From Candidatus Taylorbacteria bacterium RIFCSPLOWO2_12_FULL_43_20 (GTDB lineage Bacteria; Patescibacteriota; Minisyncoccia; Phycocordibacterales; HO2-43-120), in the NCBI GenBank assembly GCA_001821295.1, contig MHSK01000017.1:31-64030 (forward strand): a stretch of 64,000 nucleotides of DNA. Direction: 5' to 3'. The translations under genes and the position numbers were made by a program. The first letter of the stretch is position 1; each line of letters opens with the position of its first letter. The notes under the pieces are model-generated. The model saw nothing but the letters and a program-made list of their open reading frames with translations. It made no database searches and had not been told where the DNA came from. Of the stretch, positions 48,307 to 57,276 are shown piece by piece.

Positions 48307-48584
48307 TGCACGCTCCGGGACTTTCAAGTCCCTACGCAAGCAAAGCAGTTTGCTTGCTCAGCGCTTCAAATTTCGCAGACTCAATTTGTGCGCGCTGAGG
48401 GACTTGGTCACCTCAAAAACTTGCCGCCGCAAGTTTTTTCCTCGACCCCGGATTTTTGGTTTTTTCTGCTGAAAAAACATCAAAAATCCCTTCAAGTCCC
48501 TCGCGCAAAGCACGCAGGTGCTTTGCTAGCGCGTCACAAAATATATTCGCTCCGCTCATTATTTTGTGCGCGCTGAGGGACTTG
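48306..48584. repeat. tRNA-Val 3'-end repeats (direct and inverted)
   Basis: TTTGTGCGCGCTGAGGGACTTG at 48385-48406 and 48563-48584; inverted TTCAAGTCCCT at 48323 and 48491. Confidence 0.85.
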
Positions 48585-48639
48585 AACCCCCGGCCCTCTC
48601 AACGTCAATGAGATGCTCTACCAACTGAGCTAAGCGCGC
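48567..48639 (-). tRNA. tRNA-Val (GAC)
   Basis: GCGCGCTTAGCTCAGTTGGTAGAGCATCTCATTGACGTTGAGAGGGCCGGGGGTTCAAGTCCCTCAGCGCGCA. Confidence 0.96.
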
Positions 48640-48916
48640 ATCAATACTATTCCGAATACCTACAATCTACCAAAAAACGAAACGGTTTACCACCTCGCCG
48701 TACGCGATGACGCCAGCAACGCCCTCAAGGTCTGGATTTATATAACAGACTACGAAGATCGGTTTAAAATTATAATTTTCCAGTCTGAATAATTTTCAAT
48801 ATTTCATTGTGAAGTATACCGTTGGAAACTAAACACCCCCCTCAGGCTCGAACGAGGTGAGGTGGATTCTCTCATACTGAGTCTGGGTAGGAATTCCGCC
48901 CACCGAGCCCAGCCAG

Positions 48917-50218
48917 TTATCGCTTTTTCCATGCCGCGTCTTGGCGCACGAGAATTTTTTCCTTATCTCGGGGAAAAGCCATTATCTCCTCCACTATTTT
49001 TTCAAGCCGCGCCGTCTGCGAACCCTTCACTAATACGATATCCCCTTCCCCTATGATTCCATCCATGTACTTAGCCGCCTGCATGACATTATCAAACTGC
49101 AATATGTTTTTTTCACTCATACCGCCGGAAAGAGCGCCACTCGCGATATCCCTGGCCCTCAAACCGACTGTAATCAAAGTATGGCATATCGCTGAAGTCA
49201 TTTTTCCCGCGTTTACGTGAGCCTCCTTTGAATACGCTCCGAGCTCCATCATGTCTCCGAACACGGCAATTTTCCTCTTCTTTACGGAAATATCCCGCAG
49301 GGTTTTAAGCGCCTCTTCAAGAGCTACAGGCGATGAGTTGTAGGAGTCATCAATAATTATTGAATTTCTTATTCCGGGTACAAGACGCATTCTCCCCGGC
49401 GCGGCGGTGAATTTACTGAATGAATCGCACACGGAAAGCACGCTTAATCCGGATGAAATTCCAGTGGCAATGCCAAAAAGCGCGGGATAGATATGCTGCG
49501 CGCCCAGTACCCCGGTAAGAGATACAGGGATGCTATTGCCTAAAAAATTTGCTTTAAAATTCAATCCTACCGGACACTCCTCGCCCTTATCGTCTTTCCT
49601 ATAACTCATCATCGCGTGAGACGCCGTAATATCGCTTTGATTTTCTATGCCGACTGTCAATTTGCCATTGAATTCGGAACCGAGCTTTCGGGCGTCCGGA
49701 TCATCATTGTTCACAATCAAAACTCCTTCTTTTTTTAATGCCCATACCAAATAACTTTTTTCCTCTATTAATTGTTTTTTTGAATTGAAAAACTCAATGT
49801 GAACCGGCAGGTCGCCGAAACGCGTGATAATGGCAATATCGGGCTTAATCCATCTTGTTATATTCTTTATGTCATTCGGACGATCCGCGCCAATCTCTAA
49901 TATAAGCCATGTTGGATAGTCCATCGGTAATAAAACAAGCGCGGCTCCTCTCACGATATTACCCAACCAGACAAAAGGGTTGTTCCAGCCGTTCGGTAAT
50001 CCCAACACGGTAAGCGGGACACCTATTTCGCTATTGAAACTTTTCGCGCTTTTACGGACGAAATATTGCCTTGCCAGCACCTGATAAACTGCGTCTTTCG
50101 CCGATGTCTTCCCCACACTGCCGGTTATACCGATTATTTTCGGCTTATATTTTTTAATAGCAAGCTTCGCTTCAAAAGTCAGAATGTTTATTATGGTTTC
50201 TTTTAGAATGTTTTTCAT
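48917..50218 (-). CDS. murF: Mur ligase, MurF-like
   Basis: GITGSVGKTS, NSEIGVP, PGRM, DDSYNSSP, GDMMELG, LVKGS. Confidence 0.82.
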   Translation of the reverse strand: MKNILKETIINILTFEAKLAIKKYKPKIIGITGSVGKTSAKDAVYQVLARQYFVRKSAKSFNSEIGVPLTVLGLPNGWNNPFVWLGNIVRGAALVLLPMDYPTWLILEIGADRPNDIKNITRWIKPDIAIITRFGDLPVHIEFFNSKKQLIEEKSYLVWALKKEGVLIVNNDDPDARKLGSEFNGKLTVGIENQSDITASHAMMSYRKDDKGEECPVGLNFKANFLGNSIPVSLTGVLGAQHIYPALFGIATGISSGLSVLSVCDSFSKFTAAPGRMRLVPGIRNSIIIDDSYNSSPVALEEALKTLRDISVKKRKIAVFGDMMELGAYSKEAHVNAGKMTSAICHTLITVGLRARDIASGALSGGMSEKNILQFDNVMQAAKYMDGIIGEGDIVLVKGSQTARLEKIVEEIMAFPRDKEKILVRQDAAWKKR

Positions 50219-50224
50219 ACCTAT

Positions 50225-50490
50225 TGACTTTGAATTACAAAACTCGTCGAAGGCAGAGCTTTTGCGAAAATCTCCAACGAAATAGGGAGCACCCCATCGC
50301 CTCGGAAACCTCCCCCTTCGCTAATAAGCTACGGCGGGACACAGTCGGCACTTCCTCTTTAATGAACACCCCATCGCCTCGGAAACCTCGGCACTTCCCC
50401 TCTAAAGAGGGGAAGAGGAGGGCACACATTGTCTGACGCAATGTTCCGCTAAAGTCCGGCCAAGATAAAGAGTTTTGTAATTCATGATTA
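50225..50490. mobile_element. Family G MITE (TGAATTACRAAACTC ends) with nested E and D repeats
   Basis: Ends match 59053-59197; interior 50290-50418 is the reverse complement of about 61630-61758. Confidence 0.72.
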
Positions 50491-52209
50491 TTGATTATAT
50501 TCTTGCCGGTCCGGGGGTATTTCATAATAATTAATCAAAAAGTCCGTAATGTCAAAGAACGGATGGGTAAGCGTTTCTGAAGAGTACCTCGCTCCGATCG
50601 GATTCACTGTATACAAAAAGACCATAAACTTCGGATCGTAGGCCGGAAAATAGCCAAAGAAAGAATGCAGAAAGCGGTTATCATAGTAACCTTTGGTAAT
50701 TTTGTCCGGAATTTGCGCCGTTCCCGTCTTTGCCGCTACGCTATAATTGTCCAGCTTTACGGTACCTTCAAGGAGAGATGTATCAACCACTTCAACAAGC
50801 ATTCTTGTTATCTCTTCAGCTGTTTCTTTTTTTAAAACTCTGTTGCTGTTTTCCGCGGATAATTTTTTGGAAAAACCGATTTTATAATCAATTTCACTGA
50901 CGACGCGAGGCCGCGGCAAGATACCGCCATTGGCCAACGCTGACAGAGCTCTGGCTGTAGCAATAGGTGTCATGGCAATGCCTTGGCCGAACGAGGCATT
51001 AGCATATTCAATATCCCTGGGGCTGTGCAAATTTTCCACAAGACCGGAAGACTCGTTGGGCAAATCTATACCCGTTCTTTCGCCAAGACCGTAATTGAAC
51101 ATGTACTCGGCAAATTTCTCTTTTCCCATCTTTTTTACGACAAAAGCGACTCCCGTGTTGAGTGATTGATTCAATACTTCTTGCATGGAAACCCACCCGC
51201 GGCCAACTCCGTCATAGTTTGAAAATCTGGTGTTGTTTAAGATACCGAATCCAGTGTCTTCATAAAACGTGTCGGCGGTAACAGCTCCGGAGTCCAGACC
51301 GGCCGCCATGGTTAAGGGCTTAATTATTGATCCCATTTCGTAGACATTTTCCACTATTGGATTTGAGAATATGTCCGAGGTTTTTTCGTTTTGAAAAGCG
51401 TTGGGATCAAAAGTCGGATATACAGCCATGGCGTAAATTTCTCCGGTTTGTGGATTCATGATAATTCCGCCGGTGATTTCGGAATGCCATTTTTCTGAAA
51501 TTTTTTCCAGTTGCCGTTCCAGAGTTATTTCAACATTGGGCTCGATTGACGTCACGATATTACCTTCAAGATCATCGTGTTTAACTATTGCTTTGTTTAC
51601 ATTTGAAAATATCTCCGCAAAAAAATTCACGTACAGATTCTCATTCCTTCTCCTCAATATATTTTCGTAGTGACTTTCCAAACCATACCGCCCCGCGAGT
51701 TCATCGCCTTTATATCCCACAATGCCCAAAACATGGGCGGCAAGTCTGTCTCCCGGATAAATGCGCCATTTATCTTTGTGCAAATATACCCCATCAATAC
51801 CAAAATCGGCTATGTCGAGCCCCTTCTCTTCCTCAACCTTCTTCGCGATTATTTCGTAGGGATCGTTTTCTATGGATGCTCGAGCGATGAAATTGTCATA
51901 GCCAATCGGTAATATTGAATTTATTTTTTGATACGCATCCTCTGCGTTTTCAAGCAAACTCGGATTTATCGCCAGCGTAAAACCGACTCTCTGCGTCGCG
52001 GCAGATACCAGTTTTCCTTCCTTGTCAGTGAAATATATATTTCCCCTATCGGAAAGATTTCTCTCAGGATTATAGTATTGCCTCTCGGCGCTTTCGCTGT
52101 ACATTTCGCCCCGTACTACCTGCACCATATAAAGTTTTGAACTCAAAACCAGCGCAAACAGTACAATTCCTATTGAGAGAATCCTGATCCTTACAAGTGA
52201 AGTTCCCAT
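50488..52209 (-). CDS. ftsI: Class B penicillin-binding protein (FtsI)
   Basis: GSIIK, SLN, KTGTAQ; located in the mraZ-rsmH operon. Confidence 0.9.
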   Translation of the reverse strand: MGTSLVRIRILSIGIVLFALVLSSKLYMVQVVRGEMYSESAERQYYNPERNLSDRGNIYFTDKEGKLVSAATQRVGFTLAINPSLLENAEDAYQKINSILPIGYDNFIARASIENDPYEIIAKKVEEEKGLDIADFGIDGVYLHKDKWRIYPGDRLAAHVLGIVGYKGDELAGRYGLESHYENILRRRNENLYVNFFAEIFSNVNKAIVKHDDLEGNIVTSIEPNVEITLERQLEKISEKWHSEITGGIIMNPQTGEIYAMAVYPTFDPNAFQNEKTSDIFSNPIVENVYEMGSIIKPLTMAAGLDSGAVTADTFYEDTGFGILNNTRFSNYDGVGRGWVSMQEVLNQSLNTGVAFVVKKMGKEKFAEYMFNYGLGERTGIDLPNESSGLVENLHSPRDIEYANASFGQGIAMTPIATARALSALANGGILPRPRVVSEIDYKIGFSKKLSAENSNRVLKKETAEEITRMLVEVVDTSLLEGTVKLDNYSVAAKTGTAQIPDKITKGYYDNRFLHSFFGYFPAYDPKFMVFLYTVNPIGARYSSETLTHPFFDITDFLINYYEIPPDRQEYNQ

Positions 52210-52221
52210 AATCCGTACCGG

Positions 52222-52542
52222 CTACCGGCCGGTTTTCAAAGACAGCTCATCAGCATTGTCTTTCTTAGATATGAAATTTTGGTTCTTTACATCATGAAAA
52301 CCCAAGGAATAGGCATATTCGGGACTGATTTCGTTCTTGAGAGCTATATATTTGAATTCTATCTCACCCAGTTTTGAGTTTAACGCGCTGATTTTGGTTT
52401 CAATTTTCTCGCGTTCCGCCACTGCATAAACGGCCTGATTTACAAAATAGGCATACGTAGAAACGGCAACGACTATCGCCATGAGGAGATACCAAAAAAG
52501 TTTTTTATTGTTTTGAAATTTTTTTAATCCGGCGTTTGTCAT
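52222..52542 (-). CDS. FtsL-like bitopic protein
   Basis: TM segment plus coiled coil, A..LGF; lies between rsmH and ftsI. Confidence 0.7.
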   Translation of the reverse strand: MTNAGLKKFQNNKKLFWYLLMAIVVAVSTYAYFVNQAVYAVAEREKIETKISALNSKLGEIEFKYIALKNEISPEYAYSLGFHDVKNQNFISKKDNADELSLKTGR

Positions 52543-53441
52543 AAATGCTTTTCTATGATTCTTAATTTTGCGCTTCGCGCCCTTCGATTTGACTTGACTT
52601 CTTGAACGGAGGGCGTAATCGGTTTTTTGTTGACCAAGACATGCTTTCGGTCCGAAGATAACTCTTTGAAAAATCTTTTTACCACGCGGTCTTCCGAGCT
52701 ATGAAATGAAATTACCGCTAACCTGCCCTCCGGCCTTAGTACTTCAAACGCCCCGCTCAGGGCTTCCTTCAGAGCCGGCAGTTCATCATTGACCGCCATA
52801 CGCAGTGCCTGAAAGGTTTTTGTGGCAAAATGTATTTTCCCCCCGCGGTAAGCCGCAGGTATTGCTCGGTAAATAATCTCTACGAACTCAAATGTGGTGT
52901 TTATGGGGTTTCTCTGCCTCTCCTCGGCTATGGCTTTGGCTATCCTTTTGGCGTAACGCTCTTCGCCAAAACCGTAAATTATGTCAGCGATATTTTCTTC
53001 ATCCCAACTGTTCAGTATTTCCCGAGCCGTGACCGCTTCGCCATCGCTCTCCTTTGAGTATGTCATCCGAAGCGGCTCATCCTTTTGGAATGAAAACCCG
53101 CGACCTGATTCCATTTGATCTGAACTCCATCCGAGATCAAACAATATCTTATCCGGCGCTGATCCGATTTCGCCGACAACCGTGCGTATATCTCGGAAAT
53201 TTGCTCTCTTCAGCATAAAATCAGCTCCACCGGCTTCGAGCCGTTTCCCGGCGCGTTCCAGAGCGTCACCATCCAGATCAATGCCGATAATTTTTACCGA
53301 TCCGGCAAATCTTCTGGCCACCTCGGCGCTATGCCCGCCTCCGTTTATGGTCGCGTCCAGAAAGACCTCCCCCACTTTGAGCCGAAGTCCGTCTATTGAT
53401 TCGTTTAAAAGAACTGTTTTGTGAATGGTCTCGGCGTTCAT
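52539..53441 (-). CDS. rsmH: 16S rRNA m4C1402 methyltransferase
   Basis: HKTVLL, DAT..GGGHS, DLGWSS.Q, FQALRMAVNDE, ISFHSSED, RSAKLR. Confidence 0.97.
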   Translation of the reverse strand: MNAETIHKTVLLNESIDGLRLKVGEVFLDATINGGGHSAEVARRFAGSVKIIGIDLDGDALERAGKRLEAGGADFMLKRANFRDIRTVVGEIGSAPDKILFDLGWSSDQMESGRGFSFQKDEPLRMTYSKESDGEAVTAREILNSWDEENIADIIYGFGEERYAKRIAKAIAEERQRNPINTTFEFVEIIYRAIPAAYRGGKIHFATKTFQALRMAVNDELPALKEALSGAFEVLRPEGRLAVISFHSSEDRVVKRFFKELSSDRKHVLVNKKPITPSVQEVKSNRRARSAKLRIIEKHL

Positions 53442-53465
53442 GCTTGTGTTTTTTCACCATACGGC

Positions 53466-53903
53466 TCACAATACACTGCCGAAACTTCCCAGCTTTTCCG
53501 CCAATGAGTCAGCCTGCTTTTCTACCATTTTTTTGTATTCCTTCCACGCGTCCTCGTTCCAAATTTCAACTCTGTCCTGCACTCCGATAATGATCACTTT
53601 TTCTCCCAAACCCGCCCTGTCCTTTAAAAAATCCGGCACGAGCACTCTGCCAATTGAATCAATTTCAGCTTCCACCGCTCCTCCAAACATAAACCTGTTG
53701 AAACTTCTGGAGTCTGACTGCAAGAAACTGCCTTGGGAAAGTTTGCCAGAAATGTGTTCCCATTGTTTGGCCGTAAAAACGAACAGACATCCGTCAAGAC
53801 CGGGGGTTAAAACTACATTTTTCCCCATTTCTTTTCTGAATTTCGAAGGCATTGATAGACGATTCTTGCCATCAATGCTGTGTGTGTACTCTCCTATGAG
53901 CAT
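53466..53903 (-). CDS. mraZ: Division/cell wall cluster regulator MraZ
   Basis: GEY.HSIDGKNRL..PSKFR, DSIGRV.VP, GV.DRVEIW. Confidence 0.97.
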   Translation of the reverse strand: MLIGEYTHSIDGKNRLSMPSKFRKEMGKNVVLTPGLDGCLFVFTAKQWEHISGKLSQGSFLQSDSRSFNRFMFGGAVEAEIDSIGRVLVPDFLKDRAGLGEKVIIIGVQDRVEIWNEDAWKEYKKMVEKQADSLAEKLGSFGSVL

Positions 53904-54080
53904 GCTTCCTCCTCCCCTTTTTGACGATTATTCGCCTTAGCGGGAAGTTCATTGTTGACTATAGGCACACGTACAAGCTCTCTGACTTTCAAGTCAGAGA
54001 GCAAGATTTCTAATTCATAAGAAAGATTCCCGCAAATTACATGGTATTTTTCTAGATATATTTTCATATTTTTTCTTCTA

Positions 54081-54130
54081 TGCCACTTTTTCCCACTTGT
54101 ATACATTTTATAACACTTTATACCACTTGC
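54081..54130 (-). promoter_or_regulatory. Putative MraZ operator: five AA(G/A)TG(G/T) boxes at 10-bp period
   Basis: Minus strand CAAGTGGTAT AAAGTGTTAT AAAATGTATA CAAGTGGGAA AAAGTGGCAT. Confidence 0.75.
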
Positions 54131-54194
54131 AAGCACAAAAACCCGATTTTTGACAGTAGAATATAAAAAAACAAAATTGTCCAGCAAAACAAAA

Positions 54195-54338
54195 GTAACT
54201 CCTCACAAGACCGAGTAATGGCCACACCACAGCCTTCTTTTCTTCTGTCATTCCCGTGAAAACGGGAATCCAGATCAAAATATGGCCTAGATTCCCGCCT
54301 TCGCGGGAATGACACCACTCGGTCTTGTGAGCAGTTAC
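54195..54338. mobile_element. 144-bp MITE, TIR-2 family, 8-bp TSD AAACAAAA
   Basis: Inverted copy of 15280-15423; AAACAAAA at 54187-54194 and 54339-54346. Confidence 0.9.
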
Positions 54339-54394
54339 AAACAAAAAACCAAACACTGGTGTTTGGCTTTTTTCAGGAAAAACCGCTTACTCGT

Positions 54395-55858
54395 TCATCC
54401 TTTGGGCTTGAGCGTGGGGAAAAGGATCACCTCCTTGATATTTTTTACATCGGTTAACAGCATGGCAAATCTATCCAAGCCGATTCCTATACCCCCGTTT
54501 GGAGGCATACCATGTTCCATTGCCTCCAAATAATCGGCATCAGATGGAGAAATCTCCGGCTCACCTTCCCTTTTCTTCCTTTCCTCATCCTCATACCTTT
54601 CTTTCTGATCAATTGGATTGTTGAGCTCTGAAAAAGCGTTGACTAGCTCAAGTCCTCCCGCGATAAGCTGGAATCTGTCTATGAGTGACGGGTTATCGTG
54701 CTTACGCTTTGCGAAAGGGTTGAACTCCACGGGATAATCAATAATAAAAGTCGGCTGAATCAATTTTGGCCGAACTGCTTTCTTATAAATGCCGTCCAAA
54801 AACGCCTGGCGAGTATTCCGGTTTTCCATCTTAACTCCCATGTTTAAAGCTTCCGCTTTGAGCTCATCGTTGCTTGCTTGCTCCGGATTGTTGAGTCCCG
54901 AATGCTCTCTAATAAGGCCGAAAAAAGTTTTGACCGCGAACGGCTTGTCAAAATTCACCGTATTGCCACCATAGACAACCTCCGGCTTGCCGATCACATT
55001 TCGCGTCACTTCGCGAAACAACTCCTCTATGAATTTCATCTGTCCCGCGGCGTCCGCGTACGCCTCATTGGACTCCAGCATAGTAAACTCCGGATTATGC
55101 GTAACGTCTATTCCCTCGTTGCGGAATTTTCTGCCTATTTCGTACACCTTGTTAAATCCCGCGACAATGAGCTTTTTAAGATATAGCTCTTGGGCGATAG
55201 TCAAATAAAAATCTGTTTCCAGAGCGTTGTGACGAGTCTTAAAAGGCAGAGCGGTAGCGCCGCCAGCAAGCGGCTGGAGAACAGGAGTCTCAACTTCCAT
55301 ATATCCCGCCCGGTCGTAAAACTCTCTGATACGCTTAACCATCAATGATCGTATTTCAAATCTTCGACGGACATCGGGGCTGGAAAGTATGTCTAGATAT
55401 CGCTTACGAAACCTTTCCTCCACGTCTTTCAGACCGTGCCATTTCTCAGGCAAAGGCATCAAGCTTTTGGCGAGCATCTTCCATTCTTTCACCTTAAGAG
55501 TTTTTTCCTCTCGTTTAGTGAGAAACAAATCTCCTTTTATTTCCACAAAATCACCTATGTCCGCCGTTTTTATAAACAAATCAAACGAAGCTTCCTCAAT
55601 TTCATCTTTTTTTATCAATGCTTGAAAGGAAGATGTGCCGTCATAAATATTGAAAAAAACCAGACCGCCCTGCGCCCTTTCCGACATTATCCTCCCTGCC
55701 AGAATAATTTCTTTTCCGGCAAGTTTATCAAAATCATCAATCGCTTTTATATTGGACGTATTTCTTTCTGTTGAGGAGGGATACGGTTGAATACCCTGAC
55801 TTTTTAAATACTCAAGTTTTTCAAGCCGAGTTTTTCTTATTTCTTCTATGGATGCCAT
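54395..55858 (-). CDS. lysS: Lysyl-tRNA synthetase (class II)
   Basis: LPEKWHGL, EVETPVL, FRNEGID..HNPEFT, GIGLDR. Confidence 0.98.
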   Translation of the reverse strand: MASIEEIRKTRLEKLEYLKSQGIQPYPSSTERNTSNIKAIDDFDKLAGKEIILAGRIMSERAQGGLVFFNIYDGTSSFQALIKKDEIEEASFDLFIKTADIGDFVEIKGDLFLTKREEKTLKVKEWKMLAKSLMPLPEKWHGLKDVEERFRKRYLDILSSPDVRRRFEIRSLMVKRIREFYDRAGYMEVETPVLQPLAGGATALPFKTRHNALETDFYLTIAQELYLKKLIVAGFNKVYEIGRKFRNEGIDVTHNPEFTMLESNEAYADAAGQMKFIEELFREVTRNVIGKPEVVYGGNTVNFDKPFAVKTFFGLIREHSGLNNPEQASNDELKAEALNMGVKMENRNTRQAFLDGIYKKAVRPKLIQPTFIIDYPVEFNPFAKRKHDNPSLIDRFQLIAGGLELVNAFSELNNPIDQKERYEDEERKKREGEPEISPSDADYLEAMEHGMPPNGGIGIGLDRFAMLLTDVKNIKEVILFPTLKPKG

Positions 55859-55892
55859 GTGGTATGTAGAGACGACCTAGCGTTTAATTTAC

Positions 55893-56022
55893 AAGACTTG
55901 CGAGTTTTATGTCATTCCCGCGAAAGCGGGAATCCAGGGTTTTATCTGCATACTCTGGATTCCCGCTTTCGCGGGAATGACAGATAAGGAATGGTTTGAA
56001 TAAGTCGAAACGCGTGGTCTTA
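55893..56022. mobile_element. Degenerate TIR-1 family element with paired ATTCCC-N8-GGGAAT hairpins
   Basis: AAGACTTGCG...CGCGTGGTCTTA; core nearly the reverse complement of 17531-17601. Confidence 0.72.
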
Positions 56023-56490
56023 TTCTATTTCCAATATTTTATAATTCATTTTGCCTTTTGGCGATACGAAAGAAAACATGTCTCCTTTTTTCCTTCCTAT
56101 CATCGCTTCACCCATGGGAGAATGCACGGAAAGCCGGCCGGCAGAAATGTCCGACTCCTCGGAACCGACCATTTCAAACTTAAACGGTTTTTTTTCCTCG
56201 CCCTCTTTCGCCACTGTCACCGTAGATCCAATTCCCGCGATTTCCGTGTGATGCAAAGTCATGATCACCGCGGTGCTTAAAATATTTTCAAGCTTCAGTA
56301 TTCTGTCTTCTATACTCGCCTGAAGCTCTCTCGCCTCATGATATTCCGCGTTCTCGGACAAATCACCCAGGGATTTGGCATACTCAAGGTCTTCCGCCAC
56401 CTCTTTCCTTTTGACCTTTTTTAAATGCTCCAGCTCTTCGCGTAACTCTTGAAATTTCTGCTTTGATAAGTATTCTTTTTGATCTGGCAT
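56020..56490 (-). CDS. greA: Transcription elongation factor GreA
   Basis: GDLSENAEY, IG.TV, S..SPMG.A. Confidence 0.97.
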   Translation of the reverse strand: MPDQKEYLSKQKFQELREELEHLKKVKRKEVAEDLEYAKSLGDLSENAEYHEARELQASIEDRILKLENILSTAVIMTLHHTEIAGIGSTVTVAKEGEEKKPFKFEMVGSEESDISAGRLSVHSPMGEAMIGRKKGDMFSFVSPKGKMNYKILEIE

Positions 56491-56775
56491 GTTTATATAA
56501 AAGCTATTAATGACAACAGAACGTTTTAACTTCGTTTCCGCTTTTCGTTAAGCGATATCTACTATAAACGGCTAAACTCCACCCATTTTGGAGAAGTCAA
56601 TAAATATACCCCACAGCAGAACTGTGGGGAATTCTGCGTAATTATAAAACAATAACAGCTTAATACTATATTTATAAACCGGAAGAGTCAATGCAACCAC
56701 AGGGTTACAACCCTACGGTAAGCACCAAGCACCAAATAACAATACCAATATACGAATTAATACGAATATACAACT

Positions 56776-56888
56776 CCGACGCTTCGGTCGGAGCCCCGAC
56801 CGAAGCGTCGGGGATGGATACGAATCACCCCATCCCTCGTACCCCTACGCTCGAAGCGAGCTTCGGCGGAGCAAGGGAGGGGAAGAGG
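56776..56888. repeat. Family C palindrome (56776-56811) plus family E hairpin with D insert
   Basis: CCGACGCTTCGGTCGG-AGCC-CCGACCGAAGCGTCGG; CCCTC..[..TACGCTCGAAGCGAGCTTCGGCGGAGCAAG]GGAGGGGAAGAGG. Confidence 0.78.
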
Positions 56889-57239
56889 AAGTCGTGTAAA
56901 ATTTTAGCCGCGATCACCAGAGGTGACCGCGGCATTTTTCGCAGCCCAGAACACTAGTCGGAGGCTGGGCAACGGGGTTGACGGTTAAGGCGAACAGAGG
57001 CGCGAATACTCCGATAGGAGCTTGCATCCACAACTCTGGCCTGTTCCTTCGCTTCACTGATCACGACCGGACCAGCTCTGTTTTGTTTCATACTGCGCCT
57101 TTCGATTTGCGCCACCTTAATGCGTGCCGTTGTGTAGCCACACACAACTTAACATTTATAAGCACACACAGGTCTAGCACTTCTGTTGTATATATTAAAC
57201 ATCCGGCATAATTTCGCAACCAGAGCTGTGGATAACCAA

Positions 57240-57273
57240 AGCAACGAAGAAATGCGCCGACTACGTAAGTCCT
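57240..57273. repeat. Right-end fragment of TIR-1 MITE
   Basis: GCAACGAAGAAATGCGCCGACTACGTAAGTCCTA. Confidence 0.75.
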
Positions 57274-57276
57274 ATA

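Noticed and set aside
48836-48915. GC-rich hairpin region after murF as SRP RNA or other ncRNA
   Set aside because: Lacks the SRP domain IV motif; could be a terminator or a decayed repeat.
56608-56720. Two short hairpins resembling IS200/IS605 ends
   Set aside because: No tnpA/tnpB remnant and only a single occurrence; too weak to call.
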